From the NCBI RefSeq assembly GCF_000009045.1, contig NC_000964.3:270001-302000 (forward strand): a DNA stretch of 32,000 nt. The letters run 5' to 3'. The position numbers were made by a program, and so were the translations under genes. Numbering within the stretch: position 1 is the first letter of the stretch; the number at the start of each line of letters is the position of its first letter. This document shows positions 16,048 to 25,583 of this stretch, piece by piece. The stretch comes from Bacillus subtilis subsp. subtilis str. 168. Lineage in GTDB: Bacteria > Bacillota > Bacilli > Bacillales > Bacillaceae. The notes below the pieces were generated by a model. It searched no databases. It was not told the DNA's origin and was given only the letters and a program-made list of their open reading frames with translations.

Positions 16048-16776
16048 ATGGATAAAAAAGAAACCCATCTGATCGGGCATTTAGAAGAGCTTCGCCGCCG
16101 GATTATCGTCACCCTTGCGGCATTTTTTCTATTTCTCATCACGGCTTTTTTGTTCGTACAGGACATTTATGACTGGCTGATCAGGGATTTGGATGGAAAG
16201 CTGGCTGTGCTAGGACCGAGTGAAATCCTCTGGGTGTATATGATGCTTTCCGGCATTTGTGCCATTGCGGCTTCTATCCCTGTTGCCGCGTACCAGCTGT
16301 GGCGTTTCGTTGCACCGGCGCTGACTAAAACGGAGCGCAAGGTGACGCTCATGTACATACCAGGTTTATTTGCGTTGTTTTTGGCGGGCATCTCCTTCGG
16401 ATACTTTGTCTTGTTTCCGATCGTGCTCAGCTTTTTGACTCATTTATCCTCCGGCCACTTTGAAACGATGTTTACGGCTGACCGCTACTTTAGGTTTATG
16501 GTGAATTTGAGCCTGCCGTTCGGCTTCTTGTTTGAGATGCCCTTGGTGGTGATGTTTTTAACAAGGCTGGGCATCTTAAATCCTTACAGACTGGCCAAAG
16601 CGAGAAAGCTTTCCTATTTTCTGCTGATTGTCGTGTCCATATTGATTACACCGCCTGATTTTATTTCTGATTTTCTCGTGATGATCCCGCTTCTTGTCCT
16701 GTTTGAAGTGAGTGTCACCCTATCGGCGTTTGTCTACAAAAAGAGGATGAGGGAAGAAACAGCGGCGGCCGCTTAG
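16048..16776 (+). CDS. tatCd: Twin-arginine translocase subunit TatCd, 242 aa
   Basis: Track ORF. Six-TM TatC family (HLEELRRRI, FEMPLV motifs). SD AAGGGAGGG lies upstream. Confidence 0.93.
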   Translation: MDKKETHLIGHLEELRRRIIVTLAAFFLFLITAFLFVQDIYDWLIRDLDGKLAVLGPSEILWVYMMLSGICAIAASIPVAAYQLWRFVAPALTKTERKVTLMYIPGLFALFLAGISFGYFVLFPIVLSFLTHLSSGHFETMFTADRYFRFMVNLSLPFGFLFEMPLVVMFLTRLGILNPYRLAKARKLSYFLLIVVSILITPPDFISDFLVMIPLLVLFEVSVTLSAFVYKKRMREETAAAA

Positions 16777-17420
16777 TGCAGCGTACCACCCGGTGACTTC
16801 ACATCCTCATCATATTGTGCGGCCGTAACAGCGGCGATTCTCAATGCCCGGACAATCGTGTCCAGGCTGAGGCTCGGCGCTGTTTTGTCGATTGTTTGCT
16901 GCGGAATGTAAGGAATATGAATAAAACCGCCGCGAATGTGTGGGGATGTCCGGCTAATGTGATCCATTAACCCGTAGAACAAATAGTTGCATACAAAGGT
17001 CCCCGCTGTGTAGGAAACCGCAGCTGGAATGCCGTGTTCCTTCATCTTAGCAGTCATTCGTTTCACGGGAAGCCTTGTCCAGTAAGCGGCGGGCCCATCT
17101 GGAGAAATCTCTTCATCAATCGGCTGATGTCCTTCGTTATCGGGGATTCGCGCATCTGCAAGGTTGATTGCCACTCGTTCCGGTGTAATCTGCATCCGTC
17201 CTCCTGCTTGGCCGACACAAATTACGATATCTGGCTGATGTTTTTGAATGGCTTGGCGCAGAGTGTCCAGAGCGGATCTAAAGACGGTTGGAATTTGTTC
17301 CGCTGTAATAATGGCTTCTTCTGTCTCGAAGCCATTAAGCCGTTTCGCCGCTTCCCATGATGGATTGACGGTTTCTTTGTCAAAAGGGTCAAAGCCTGTG
17401 ATCAGCACTTTTTTTCTCAT
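16773..17420 (-). CDS. pcp: Pyrrolidone-carboxylate (pyroglutamyl) peptidase I, 215 aa
   Basis: Track ORF. MRKKVLITGFDPF...GQAGGR...AGTFVCNYLFY...IHIP are peptidase C15 motifs, including the catalytic Cys in FVCN. Confidence 0.93.
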   Translation of the reverse strand: MRKKVLITGFDPFDKETVNPSWEAAKRLNGFETEEAIITAEQIPTVFRSALDTLRQAIQKHQPDIVICVGQAGGRMQITPERVAINLADARIPDNEGHQPIDEEISPDGPAAYWTRLPVKRMTAKMKEHGIPAAVSYTAGTFVCNYLFYGLMDHISRTSPHIRGGFIHIPYIPQQTIDKTAPSLSLDTIVRALRIAAVTAAQYDEDVKSPGGTLH

Positions 17421-17498
17421 TCTCCCATCTCCTTTTTCTTTTATTCTATTGTTTATTTATGGGTTTTTCATCAAAATAATGTAAAGGAGTGAATCATA

Positions 17499-18611
17499 AT
17501 GGAGCATTTGCCGGAGCAGTATCGCCAGTTATTCCCAACCTTGCAGACGCATACGATGCTTGCCAGCTGTTCTCAGAGCGCATTGGCAGAGCCTGTATCA
17601 AGGGCGATCCAGGATTATTATGATAGCCTGCTGTATAAAGGGACGAACTGGAAAGAAGCGATTGAAAAAACAGAGTTTGCGAGAAACGAGTTTGCAAAGC
17701 TGATCGGGGCTGAACCGGATGAAGTGGCGATTGTGCCGTCAGTTTCTGATGCACTGGTTTCTGTAGCATCGTCCTTAACTGCATTTGGAAAGAAGCACGT
17801 TGTATATACAGATATGGATTTTCCGGCGGTGCCTCATGTTTGGCAGGCACACTCCGATTATACCGTATCCGTCATTCCATCAATAGACGGCGTGCTGCCG
17901 CTTGAACAATATGAAACGCATATTTCGGATGAAACAGTACTGACGTGTGTTCCTCACGTTCATTATCGTGACGGCTATGTTCAGGATATAAAAGCGATTG
18001 CCGAGATTTCTCAGAGAAAGGGCTCTTTATTGTTTGTAGATGCTTATCAATCAGCCGGGCATATTCCCATTGATGTGAAGGAATGGGGCGTAGATATGCT
18101 GGCAGCAGGCACCCGGAAGTATTTGCTCGGCATACCGGGTGTGGCGTTTCTTTATGTGAGAAAGGAGCTGGCTGACGCACTGAAGCCGAAAGCATCAGCT
18201 TGGTTCGGAAGAGAGAGCGGATTTGATGGGGCTTATGCAAAAGTCGCGCGCCGTTTTCAAACGGGCACCCCAGCTTTTATCAGCGTATACGCAGCTGCAG
18301 CGGCTTTATCGCTGCTGAATCATATTGGGGTTTCTCATATCAGGGATCATGTGAAAACGATCTGTGCCGATGCAGTTCAATATGCCGCTGAAAAAGGCCT
18401 GCAGCTGGCGGCGGCACAAGGTGGGATTCAGCCGGGCATGGTTGCGATCCGGGATGAGCGGGCATCGGAAACGGCGGGGTTGCTGAAGAAGAAAAAAGTG
18501 ATTTGCGCGCCGCGGGAAAATGTTATCCGTCTCGCTCCCCATTTTTATAATACGAAGGAGGAAATGCGGCACGCGATTGATGAAATCGCGGCGAAAACGA
18601 TCCACAAGTAA
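17499..18611 (+). CDS. ycbU: PLP-dependent class V aminotransferase / cysteine desulfurase-like protein, 370 aa
   Basis: Track ORF. SD AAAGGAGTGA. Fold-type I class V pattern (DAYQSAGHIPIDV, probable PLP-Lys in GTRKYL). Confidence 0.85.
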   Translation: MEHLPEQYRQLFPTLQTHTMLASCSQSALAEPVSRAIQDYYDSLLYKGTNWKEAIEKTEFARNEFAKLIGAEPDEVAIVPSVSDALVSVASSLTAFGKKHVVYTDMDFPAVPHVWQAHSDYTVSVIPSIDGVLPLEQYETHISDETVLTCVPHVHYRDGYVQDIKAIAEISQRKGSLLFVDAYQSAGHIPIDVKEWGVDMLAAGTRKYLLGIPGVAFLYVRKELADALKPKASAWFGRESGFDGAYAKVARRFQTGTPAFISVYAAAAALSLLNHIGVSHIRDHVKTICADAVQYAAEKGLQLAAAQGGIQPGMVAIRDERASETAGLLKKKKVICAPRENVIRLAPHFYNTKEEMRHAIDEIAAKTIHK

Positions 18612-18616
18612 ACATG

Positions 18617-18648
18617 AAAAAGCCCCTGAACACTAGTCAGGGGCTTTT
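18617..18648. terminator. Bidirectional terminator between convergent ycbU and lmrB
   Basis: AAAAGCCCCTGA (18617-18628) pairs with TCAGGGGCTTTT (18637-18648), with A/T runs on both sides. Confidence 0.85.
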
Positions 18649-18652
18649 CATA

Positions 18653-20092
18653 TTAATGATCTACTTTAACGCGTTTCATAAAGAAAGCGCCAATTAAACC
18701 GATAATGGCAACAATCATTGCAAACACAAATGCGTGCTGTACGCCTGCTGTCAAAGCTTGCGGGATGACTGCCGGATCGGCAGGGTTTTTAACTGTACTC
18801 ATATAATCATGCTGGCCTGCAGCCATAATGCTGACCGCAACCGCTGTTCCGATAGCGCCGGCCATTTGCTGCAGCGTGTTCATAATGGCGGTGCCGTCTG
18901 GATAAAATTCACGCGGCAGTTGGTTTAAACCGTTTGTCTGTGCAGGCATCATGATCATAGAAATCCCGATCATCAAGCAGGTGTGCAGGATGATAATCAG
19001 CACAGCTGTTGAAGTGGTCGTGACATTTGAGAAGAACCATAGTACAACGGTGACAATCACAAATCCCGGAATGACAAGCCATTTCGGCCCGTATTTATCG
19101 AACAAGCGGCCTGTAACAGGGGACATAAATCCATTTAAAATACCGCCCGGCAAGAGAACAAGACCAGATGCAAATGCAGTGAGGACTAAGCCGCCTTGCA
19201 GATACATCGGCAGAAGCAGCATAGATGACAGAATGACCATCATACAAATGAACACCATGATCACACCCAAAATAAACATCGGGTATTTGAACGCACGGAG
19301 GTTCATCATAGGCTGCTTCATTGTCAGCTGGCGGATTGAAAATAAGATAAGGCCGACAACGCCGACAATCAGCGACACGATAACAGTCGGGCTGGACCAT
19401 CCCCCGGAGCCTTCACCCGCGTTGCTGAATCCGAATACAATGCCGCCGAAGCCAATCGTCGACAGGATGATAGACAATACATCGATTTTCGGCTTTGTCG
19501 TTTCAGATACATTTTGCATATATGCGATACCGAAAACAAGCGCCAGCACAAGGAATGGAAGAGAGATCCAGAAAATCCAGTGCCAGTTGAGATGCTCCAG
19601 AACCAATCCTGAGAAAGTTGGGCCGATGGCGGGCGCGAACATAATGACAAGCCCGATCGTTCCCATTGCGGCACCCCGTTTATGAGGCGGGAAAATCACC
19701 AAGATTGTGTTAAACATCAGCGGCAGTAAAAGACCGGTTCCAAGTGCCTGAACGATCCTTGCCGCTAATAAAAACGAGAAGCTCGGCGCAAGCGCCGCAA
19801 TGAATGTACCTAAAATTGAAAAGATAAGTGACACGGTAAAAAGCTGTCTTGTTGTGAACCACTGCAACAGCAGTCCTGAAACAGGAACAAGGATACCGAG
19901 TACAAGCAGGTAGCCCGTCGTTAACCATTGGACGGTTGCCGCTGTAATGTTCAATTCCTTCATAAGGTCGGTTAACGCAATATTCAGCGCTGTTTCACTG
20001 AACATGCCGATAAAACCGGCCAACAGCAAGGAAATCATAATCGGCATCACTTTGTATTGCTGAGATGCTTTAGCTGTTGTTTCCAAAATCAT
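18653..20092 (-). CDS. lmrB: 14-TM MFS (DHA2/EmrB family) multidrug efflux pump, lincomycin resistance, 479 aa
   Basis: Track ORF. Highly hydrophobic DHA2-type sequence. Immediately downstream of the TetR-family gene lmrA. Confidence 0.92.
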   Translation of the reverse strand: MILETTAKASQQYKVMPIMISLLLAGFIGMFSETALNIALTDLMKELNITAATVQWLTTGYLLVLGILVPVSGLLLQWFTTRQLFTVSLIFSILGTFIAALAPSFSFLLAARIVQALGTGLLLPLMFNTILVIFPPHKRGAAMGTIGLVIMFAPAIGPTFSGLVLEHLNWHWIFWISLPFLVLALVFGIAYMQNVSETTKPKIDVLSIILSTIGFGGIVFGFSNAGEGSGGWSSPTVIVSLIVGVVGLILFSIRQLTMKQPMMNLRAFKYPMFILGVIMVFICMMVILSSMLLLPMYLQGGLVLTAFASGLVLLPGGILNGFMSPVTGRLFDKYGPKWLVIPGFVIVTVVLWFFSNVTTTSTAVLIIILHTCLMIGISMIMMPAQTNGLNQLPREFYPDGTAIMNTLQQMAGAIGTAVAVSIMAAGQHDYMSTVKNPADPAVIPQALTAGVQHAFVFAMIVAIIGLIGAFFMKRVKVDH

Positions 20093-20131
20093 TTCCCCTC
20101 TCTATCAACTGCATGTAGTATGTCGTTTTTT

Positions 20132-20698
20132 TTATCTCTTCAGCAGGTCAGGAATGCAGCTGGAGATATGAAGGAGCGGCGTACTGTTTTTTGCCGTCAA
20201 AGATAAAAGGATGCCGCCTTCAATCATCGCGTTAACCACAGTGCTGGCTTCTTTTGCACGGCTCTCGCTGCAGCCAGTCTGCCGCAGTTTTTCCTCATAC
20301 ACAGAGGCCCATTCTTTGTAGGCTTCATGACAGGCTTCGCGCAACGGTTCGCTTTTCAATGACGTCTCAGCCGCTAGCAAGCCCACAGGCAAGCCTTCAA
20401 TGTCTTCCGTACATGAAAACTGGCAGGAGAGCTCCTTCAAAAAGGCTTGAATGCCTTCCGCTGGATCGGTGCAGGCTTCCATGCAGTCCGCGATTTTCTG
20501 ACGGATATACTCCTTCATCTCATTCACGGCTTCGATCGCAAGCTGTTCTTTACCCCCGGGAAAGTGGTAGTAAAGAGAGCCTTTAGGCGCGCCGCTTTCC
20601 TTTATAATCTGGTTCAGCCCCGTGCCGTAATACCCTTGCAGCTGAAAAAGCCGGGTAGCTGCCGAAAGGATTTTCTCACGGGAATCTCCATAACTCAT
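20132..20698 (-). CDS. lmrA: TetR-family repressor of lmrAB, 188 aa
   Basis: Track ORF. N-terminal TetR HTH (REKILSAATRLFQLQGYYGTGLNQIIKESGAPKGSLYYHF). Confidence 0.92.
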   Translation of the reverse strand: MSYGDSREKILSAATRLFQLQGYYGTGLNQIIKESGAPKGSLYYHFPGGKEQLAIEAVNEMKEYIRQKIADCMEACTDPAEGIQAFLKELSCQFSCTEDIEGLPVGLLAAETSLKSEPLREACHEAYKEWASVYEEKLRQTGCSESRAKEASTVVNAMIEGGILLSLTAKNSTPLLHISSCIPDLLKR

Positions 20699-20727
20699 AA
20701 CATTCCCACCTTACTGAATTGCAATCA

Positions 20728-20775
20728 AAAATATAGTGACTGGTCTATTATCTTGATTCAATCATCAATTGTCAA
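20728..20775 (-). promoter_or_regulatory. lmrAB SigA promoter with an overlapping LmrA operator
   Basis: The minus strand reads TTGACA (complement of 20770-20775), a 17-nt spacer, GATAAT (complement of 20747-20752), then ATAGACCAGTCACTATATT. I recall this last sequence as the LmrA/QdoR box. Confidence 0.7.
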
Positions 20776-20914
20776 GAAAAATTCATTGTATGAAAAGACA
20801 AAAAAAGAAGGATATGACAACAAAAAATACTGAGAGAAAAGCTGACTGATCTTTTGACTGAATAGATAAAATGTACAATGATTAATCATCATATGGATGT
20901 AAGGAGAGAAATAG

Positions 20915-22042
20915 ATGAAAAAACAACGAATGCTCGTACTTTTTACCGCACTATTGTTTGTTTTTACCGGATGTTCACATTCTCCTGAAACAAAAGAATC
21001 CCCGAAAGAAAAAGCTCAGACACAAAAAGTCTCTTCGGCTTCTGCCTCTGAAAAAAAGGATCTGCCAAACATTAGAATTTTAGCGACAGGAGGCACGATA
21101 GCTGGTGCCGATCAATCGAAAACCTCAACAACTGAATATAAAGCAGGTGTTGTCGGCGTTGAATCACTGATCGAGGCAGTTCCAGAAATGAAGGACATTG
21201 CAAACGTCAGCGGCGAGCAGATTGTTAACGTCGGCAGCACAAATATTGATAATAAAATATTGCTGAAGCTGGCGAAACGCATCAACCACTTGCTCGCTTC
21301 AGATGATGTAGACGGAATCGTCGTGACTCATGGAACAGATACATTGGAGGAAACCGCTTATTTTTTGAATCTTACCGTGAAAAGTGATAAACCGGTTGTT
21401 ATTGTCGGTTCGATGAGACCTTCCACAGCCATCAGCGCTGATGGGCCTTCTAACCTGTACAATGCAGTGAAAGTGGCAGGTGCCCCTGAGGCAAAAGGGA
21501 AAGGGACGCTTGTTGTTCTTAACGACCGGATTGCCTCAGCCCGATATGTCACCAAAACAAACACAACTACAACAGATACATTTAAATCAGAAGAAATGGG
21601 CTTCGTCGGAACAATTGCAGATGATATCTATTTTAATAATGAGATTACCCGTAAGCATACGAAGGACACGGATTTCTCGGTTTCTAATCTTGATGAGCTG
21701 CCGCAGGTTGACATTATCTATGGATACCAAAATGACGGAAGCTACCTGTTTGACGCTGCTGTAAAAGCCGGAGCAAAGGGGATTGTATTTGCCGGTTCTG
21801 GGAACGGGTCTTTATCTGATGCAGCCGAAAAAGGGGCGGACAGCGCAGTCAAAAAAGGCGTTACAGTGGTGCGCTCTACCCGCACGGGAAATGGTGTCGT
21901 CACACCAAACCAAGACTATGCGGAAAAGGACTTGCTGGCATCGAACTCTTTAAACCCCCAAAAAGCACGGATGTTGCTGATGCTTGCGCTTACCAAAACA
22001 AATGATCCTCAAAAAATCCAAGCTTATTTCAATGAGTATTGA
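20915..22042 (+). CDS. ansZ: L-asparaginase type II, lipoprotein precursor, 375 aa
   Basis: Track ORF. Lipobox LLFVFTGC. Asparaginase motifs ILATGGTIAG and GIVVTHGTDTLEETA. Confidence 0.92.
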   Translation: MKKQRMLVLFTALLFVFTGCSHSPETKESPKEKAQTQKVSSASASEKKDLPNIRILATGGTIAGADQSKTSTTEYKAGVVGVESLIEAVPEMKDIANVSGEQIVNVGSTNIDNKILLKLAKRINHLLASDDVDGIVVTHGTDTLEETAYFLNLTVKSDKPVVIVGSMRPSTAISADGPSNLYNAVKVAGAPEAKGKGTLVVLNDRIASARYVTKTNTTTTDTFKSEEMGFVGTIADDIYFNNEITRKHTKDTDFSVSNLDELPQVDIIYGYQNDGSYLFDAAVKAGAKGIVFAGSGNGSLSDAAEKGADSAVKKGVTVVRSTRTGNGVVTPNQDYAEKDLLASNSLNPQKARMLLMLALTKTNDPQKIQAYFNEY

Positions 22043-22044
22043 AG

Positions 22045-22074
22045 AAAAGAAGGCGAATAAGCCTTCTTTTTTTT
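22045..22074 (+). terminator. Intrinsic terminator after ansZ
   Basis: GAAGGC (22049-22054) pairs with GCCTTC (22061-22066), extended by A/T pairs and followed by T8. Confidence 0.8.
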
Positions 22075-22171
22075 GGCTTTTTAGGACCAATAATGACCTC
22101 TGAATCTTAAAATTTCTTTAAAAATAAGCCAAAATTACCCTTTACTTAATTAATTTGGTAACGTAATATAA

Positions 22172-22843
<672 letters not shown>

Positions 22844-22853
22844 TGAAAAACAA

Positions 22854-22882
22854 AACCTTGAAGAATGCTATTCTTCAAGGTT
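22854..22882. terminator. Shared terminator hairpin for convergent lipA and yczC
   Basis: AACCTTGAAGAAT (22854-22866) pairs with ATTCTTCAAGGTT (22870-22882). The U-run is good only on the minus strand (TTTTGTTTTT), so it favours yczC termination. Confidence 0.75.
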
Positions 22883-23264
22883 ATTCTGCTTTCAGCACAA
22901 TGGTTTTCGCAGCCATATCATGAACGGTTTGTTTTTTCTTCGTAAATGCGGCAGTCAAATAGATCAGGCGGGAGAACACATGCACCCACGCTATCAGGTA
23001 ACGGACAATGGCTTGCGGGAAGGATATTTTTTTATATGTTTCGTCCCTCACGATTTGCAGCCCGATGATTTTTTTGCCCAGTGTGCCCTTCCAATTTGTC
23101 AGCGGCATCAGCAAAGGGTACACAATCAGCATCAATATGGCGACAATAATGACACCGGCGGACCCATCGCCAAACGTAAATCCGGCTGCCAAAATCACTG
23201 CTGCGGCAATGATTACATCAAGTAAAAGAGCGCAGGCGCGCAGCATGAAACCAGCTAGTTCCAA
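22881..23264 (-). CDS. yczC: RDD-family small membrane protein, about 127 aa (start uncertain)
   Basis: The track start (GTG 23273) lies inside the SD AAGGAGTG. The TTG at 23264 is 8 nt downstream of AAGGAG. The ATG at 23246 is an alternative start. Hydrophobic, with an RDD-like pattern. Confidence 0.75.
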
Positions 23265-23498
23265 TAGAAACACTCCTTAAAATGTTAAATAAACACCTAA
23301 TGATTGTAAAAAAGAAGGGCCTAAAGTGGGAATAGGTGATAAGCCTTAAATCACAAAAGTTGGTGAAAATGTCATAGGTAAATTGGCATAATCAGCCAGC
23401 TTATCACATTACCAAATTCTTTTTTAGCCCGAAACCAAGCCCTCAGAAGTTATTTTTGTTAAAATAGAAAAGTTACAACAGAATTCGGAGGGTTTATT

Positions 23499-24575
23499 GT
23501 GGGAAAAGTGAAACGAAATGCCCCTTGCCCATGCGGCAGCGGCAAGAAATATAAAAAATGCTGCGGAAGTAAAGTTGTCGACTTCCCGGCGGAACTAGCG
23601 GCAAAAGAAGCGAAACAAATTCAGGAAGACTTAGTGGAGTATGCCTTCACAGTACATAGAGAAAGCATTTCAGGCTTTATCAACCAGCATGATTTTCTTT
23701 CTGCTATGGACAGACAGACGAAAGACATCAGCGTATTTAACTTAGGAATCTGGGGAATCTTCTTCCACCCGCTTGCTGGTGAGAAGACAATCTTCGAAGA
23801 GTACCTTCAGAAAAAAGGCGATTCGATCACTCGTCCGAAAACGCGTGAGATCGTAGAATCATGGCAGAGCATGACGCCTGCTTTATTGCTGCTGAAGGAC
23901 CTGAAGGAAGGCATCATTCACTTTGAAGATGTCATTACGGCAAAACAATTCGAAGTGGAAATGGACGCCAGCAATCAAGACCTTCCTCCAGTGGGAAGCC
24001 TGATTCTTGGATACCCAATCCACGAAGCGGAAAAAGCAGAATTCTTCATGCAGTTCACGATCTTCCCGGTGAAGAGAACAGAAGCGCTGATCAGCAAGGT
24101 GAAGAAATATGCGGATGCCGCTGTGAAGGACGGCAAAACGCCGGAGGACTTCATGAAGCAGGAATTCAACAACGTTCTGTTCGCGTTGTTAGCTGAGAAA
24201 GATGAAGAGCCACAAGCAGAGAAAGCGGAAGTAAGCACTGTTGAGTGGGCAAACGACTTGGAGAAAGAAACCGCTGCGGCTATTGAAGAAGGCATGAGCG
24301 GGGAAGAGTATCCGACTGAATTGATCCCAGCTGTTATTGACATCTGGAAAACATTCTGCGAGAAAAAATCACCTGTCATCAGAAAGCCGGAAGCTTTTGC
24401 GGCGGCAGTTGAATATTATGTAAACGCAATTTCTCTTAACGGCGCGTCCGTTTCCCAGGCTAAACTGGCGAAAAAATACGGCGTTAGCGCATCAACGATT
24501 TCCAGCCGTTACAAAGAAATTGAAAGCACGCTGCAAGATGAAGCAGATCGTTTTGCACAAGCGTTATCCTCATAA
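23499..24575 (+). CDS. yccF: SEC-C motif protein with a C-terminal HTH-like segment, 358 aa, function unknown
   Basis: GTG start after GGAGGG. The N-terminus NAPCPCGSGKKYKKCCG closely resembles the SecA C-terminal zinc motif. The C-terminus is VSQAKLAKKYGVSASTISSRYKEIE. Confidence 0.88.
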   Translation: MGKVKRNAPCPCGSGKKYKKCCGSKVVDFPAELAAKEAKQIQEDLVEYAFTVHRESISGFINQHDFLSAMDRQTKDISVFNLGIWGIFFHPLAGEKTIFEEYLQKKGDSITRPKTREIVESWQSMTPALLLLKDLKEGIIHFEDVITAKQFEVEMDASNQDLPPVGSLILGYPIHEAEKAEFFMQFTIFPVKRTEALISKVKKYADAAVKDGKTPEDFMKQEFNNVLFALLAEKDEEPQAEKAEVSTVEWANDLEKETAAAIEEGMSGEEYPTELIPAVIDIWKTFCEKKSPVIRKPEAFAAAVEYYVNAISLNGASVSQAKLAKKYGVSASTISSRYKEIESTLQDEADRFAQALSS

Positions 24576-24578
24576 TGG

Positions 24579-24616
24579 AAAAAACCTTGAAAAGCCAGGC
24601 TTTTCAAGGTTTTTTT
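24579..24616. terminator. Bidirectional terminator between convergent yccF and natK
   Basis: AACCTTGAAAAGCC pairs with GGCTTTTCAAGGTT, flanked by A6 and T7 runs. It abuts the natK stop codon. Confidence 0.85.
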
Positions 24617-25571
24617 ATTTCTGAAACGGAATTTTGATTTCTAACCGGAAGATGGGGTGGCGGTAGGTAAAATCCAGCCTGCCAAAAGCGCCCTTCACCA
24701 GTTTTTGAATGATATATGTGCCCATGCCTTCATGAGCGCCGTTTTTCGTTGAGCGGCCAAACGATTGATAAATTGTATCGAGCACTTTTGGGTCCATCCC
24801 GGGAGTGCTGTTTTCACAAGTCAGTACATAAAGCCCGCTGCGCAGTGAAGTCTCCAGTTTAATCTCTGCTTTTTCTCGGGCCTCCGCCGCGCTGTCGAGC
24901 GCATTTTCTAATATGTTGCCGACCAAGCTGACCTGATCAGCAGGCGAAAACGGAAGGGAAGAAAGCGGTGTATGCATATGCAGCGAAACACTCACATTCG
25001 AGGCGCGGGCTTTTTCTAAAAAATCATAAAGCACCCCTGCAACGTACGCGTTCTCTCCTTTCAAAAAACGGTCATATTGGCTGTATTGATCCGCCCAGTT
25101 TTGAATATATGCTTGTGTATCTGCCTTGGGCTGAGCTGATTTGATTGCAGTGATATGTTTCATTGTGTCATGATTCCGGCTTCTGACATCAATCAGCATT
25201 TGATTGGCGTGCTGTTCAGCTTGAGTCAGCTTATCAATTTGATCAGAAAGCCTTGCCTGCAAAGCAGACTGTCCGATACGGAGCCCTTCACACCCTGCAA
25301 ATATCGCGATTACACATAATACCGGCATGATGTCTGTGCCAATCAACACCACTCCCACCGACATCACTTGAATCACCGCAATCCACGCACAAAGCCCTGA
25401 GGAACAGTGTTTCCACACCCGCTTCGTATTCCAAATGTACAATCCTGCAGCAGCTGCGCCTAAAGCAGCGGCGAGCCAAGAGGCGGCTGTGCTGTGTGAA
25501 AAAGCAGCAGCTCCCTGATAACATATGAAACTAAATAAAATCAGATAAAGACATTGAAAAAGGGTAATCAC
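24615..25571 (-). CDS. natK: Membrane histidine kinase of the AgrC/LytS-like (HPK10-type) class, 318 aa
   Basis: GTG start 8 nt after GAGGAG. Three or four N-terminal TM spans and a C-terminal GHKL ATPase (NILENALDS, GMGTYII). Confidence 0.9.
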   Translation of the reverse strand: MITLFQCLYLILFSFICYQGAAAFSHSTAASWLAAALGAAAAGLYIWNTKRVWKHCSSGLCAWIAVIQVMSVGVVLIGTDIMPVLCVIAIFAGCEGLRIGQSALQARLSDQIDKLTQAEQHANQMLIDVRSRNHDTMKHITAIKSAQPKADTQAYIQNWADQYSQYDRFLKGENAYVAGVLYDFLEKARASNVSVSLHMHTPLSSLPFSPADQVSLVGNILENALDSAAEAREKAEIKLETSLRSGLYVLTCENSTPGMDPKVLDTIYQSFGRSTKNGAHEGMGTYIIQKLVKGAFGRLDFTYRHPIFRLEIKIPFQK

Positions 25572-25583
25572 GTACTAAACTCC

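Noticed and set aside
20878-20889. Perfect 12-bp palindrome ATGATTAATCAT just upstream of the ansZ SD. I also searched for a TnrA box (TGTNA-N7-TNACA) in 20776-20914.
   Set aside because: AT-rich 12-bp palindromes are expected several times per 32 kb by chance. No sequence in the spacer matched the TnrA consensus acceptably, and I could not place a -35/-10 pair with correct spacing.
22854-22882. The lipA/yczC terminator (22854-22882) and the yccF/natK terminator (24579-24616) share the stem sequence AACCTTGAA...TTCAAGGTT, which suggests a repeated element.
   Set aside because: The shared part is only a 9-11-mer and its own complement. Matches of that length are expected by chance many times in the window. 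The loops and flanks differ, and there is no evidence of a REP-like or mobile repeat family.
23468-23485. An 18-nt motif, AAAAGTTACAAC(A/G)GAATT, is present upstream of yccF (23468-23485) and again in the ycdA-ycdB spacer (30670-30687), in the same orientation.
   Set aside because: A rough expectation for a 17-of-18 match somewhere in a 32-kb window (both strands, about 1e9 pairs times about 8e-10) is close to 1, and higher in AT-rich spacers. The distances to the start codons differ (13 versus about 145 nt). It does not fit the SigH, SigW, SigD or SigB spacing rules I tested. It is worth a genome-wide motif count but is not evidence on its own.
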